A stretch of DNA of 52,546 bases, filler included, from Squatina squatina (lineage: Eukaryota), in the NCBI GenBank assembly GCA_031763465.1. It is 3 parts of 2 records of this genome, joined end to end, with 100 filler letters (N's around TTAATTAATTAA, not from the genome) between each part and the next. Parts side by side here need not be neighbours in the genome. Positions count along the whole stretch, not along the records: positions 33,804 to 52,546 come from JARFOE010000016.1; 2 more parts are not named here. One strand, given 5' to 3'. Made by a program: the position numbers and the translations under genes. Of the stretch, positions 50,561 through 52,546 are shown piece after piece (the stretch's first letter is position 1; every line of letters begins with the position of its first letter). The notes under the pieces were generated by a model that was given only the letters and a program-made list of their open reading frames with translations, was not told where the DNA came from and made no database searches.

Positions 50561-51837
50561 TTCATTTGAGCACAGGGTCTTAGTTAAGTTTTCGTTTATA
50601 GTTATAGTTCACGGATAATTTGGGTTCATTCAAAAGAGGAAGTGCTTCTTTCAAAAGAGGAATCTCTTATTTCATTGAGGATATATCACTGGTGACAGTG
50701 AGTTGCCCATAACTCTCAAATGCTGTGGGCGCGAGTGAGTTATGGTGGTCCTTTGCACGAGTGAACGCGTATGCATGGAACTCTTGGGTCACTGATGAGG
50801 TATTCTGCATTATTCTATGGGAGTGAACGATCCCTTCAATCTTCACACACTTTTTCAAATTCAGTTCTTCATGCATGTGATAGGGCCTACCTGGTGCTGT
50901 TAAGATTATTCACGTGTGTGGTTATATCTCTCACTTCTGTCAAATGGGTTGATGTCAGTAAATAGTGCCAACATTGTTCACTCTCTTAGAATTAAAAAAA
51001 AAACCCAGAGGATGGTGACTTTAAATTTTGACTAAAAGTTCAAAGTATGTAATGGTTAAAACTTTAAAGTGGGGGTAAGAATTGTGTTTTTGAATGTAAA
51101 TCCTCTTTTTAAAAAAAAAAAGAAGCCAGTCAGCCAGCTCATGATATTTGGCAATCCTCCATCTTGAGACATAAGATCTTGAGTGAATCTATTCTGTGCT
51201 GATTTCCTCCTCCTTTCTGAATGGTACTTTCCCCCACCCATCTACAGATGGGATAGCTGGCCGCCACAGTAATCTGTTATCAATTACTAGCTGGCTGGGC
51301 ATCTTAAAAATAAAAAGTAACATGCCTAATATATTATTGACTGGAGTTACTGGGCAATTGTGAATTTCACCCCCTGCTTTAATGTTAAATGTATGCATGT
51401 CACATGTATTTTACCAGCGCATTGGCTATTATTGCATGTTTTAAATTGATTTGTTTTGTCAGTATTCTAGTTTTGTTCTGTGGGCATCTGGTAATTTGTT
51501 AAAATGTCTTTAATTTGACTTTTTTTTAAAAATCTGTCATTCGGCTATCAGGACTTTCACTTTCGATGCGAGTATTTATTCCCTTTGTTGTTAATTTTCG
51601 ATGAAATGAGCACACGACAGTGCAATAACACATCGCCAGTGTAATGGAAGAGCACCTGAGCAGTACAATACTCAGTGAGATGACAGAATTAGTCCCATTA
51701 CTTACAGATTTAACGCAGAAATCCGGGAGCATTCGTGAATCAGTCATTACAGTCAAAACGTTTAACACCTTGTTTTTTCTTAGTTTCTGCATTGATGTTG
51801 GCCACCAGCTCCTGTCTCAAACCATAAAGTTTGCTTT

Positions 51838-51975
51838 ACAACAACTTGCATTTATATAGCGCCTTTGACGTAGTAAAATGTCCCAAGTTGTGTTATCAGA
51901 CACAACCTGACACCACGCCACATAAGGAGAAATTAGGGCAGAAAGACCAAACGCTTGTTCGAAGAGGCCGGTTTT
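51838..51975 (-). mobile_element. L2/SINE 3' tail (other copies at 3715-3766 and 39522-39585)
   Basis: acaacaacttgcatttatatagcgccttt..cgtagtaaaa.gtcccaa occurs three times in the window. Confidence 0.75.
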
Positions 51976-52546
51976 ATTTGCCTTCAAATAAAAGCTTTCC
52001 CGCCAGCGTTTTGTTTTGTTTTATTATATTTTAGAACCGTTGTGGTTAATCATGGTTTGCACCAGCCACCTGGTATCTCGAAAGAAAGTTTTAATGGGTT
52101 AGAAATCCCTGGCAAAAAAAACCTACGTTCTTACCAAGAGTAAAATTGCAGTAAGCGGTAACAACACGGTGGATATTTTCAAGAGCCCTTAACGGGAAGT
52201 GCCACTGGAACACCCTAAGGGTCACACCGTAAAATGTGGTCTGATGCAATAACTACTACTGTACACAGGTTTGCTCTGAAGGCGTGGCGCCGTTTCTATG
52301 GGAATCCCATGGTGATCTGGGCAGCAGCAATCAAATCGCTTAAAACAAACAGACCTGCCGACTGCTGTAAATGTAAAGTATTCACAATTACAGATCAACT
52401 TGTCCTGGCTCCTTTCTAACTGGATGGTCGCTGGCGGAGCAGAATTGTCTCTATTACTTTCTAAGTGGTATCTGAGTGGATTTCCATCAGCAAGGTTCAG
52501 TCGGCCCTGGAACTGCACTCCCACCTTCCATCCGTGTTTACAGTAG

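Overview
Eukaryotic vertebrate genomic DNA, almost certainly from a cartilaginous fish (shark-type intron-containing rhodopsin; CR1/L2/Tx1/Penelope/Harbinger repeat landscape). The draft is heavily gapped, with ~0.5-4 kb contigs joined mostly by 100-N placeholder gaps. Two synthetic 100-nt linkers (N44-TTAATTAATTAA-N44 at 13195-13294 and 33704-33803) split the window into three probably unrelated records. (A) 1-13194: first coding exon of a glypican (GPC6-like, minus) plus repeats. (B) 13295-33703: four exons of an FGD3-like Cdc42 GEF (minus), then noncoding DNA containing a MEIS-motif-dense candidate enhancer. (C) 33804-52546: the 3' exons of IFT122 (+), rhodopsin promoter and exons 1 and 5 (+), two TMCC1 exons (-) and two RPL32 exons (+). 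No prokaryotic system or CRISPR array is present. The best leads are an FGD3 that retains the FGD1-type proline-rich SH3-ligand exon, a candidate 15-nt microexon that would split that motif, a candidate 102-nt cassette exon, the MEIS cluster, a compact NRL/CRX/TATA rhodopsin promoter and a tRNA-headed retroelement. All homology calls rest on recalled protein sequences, not database searches.
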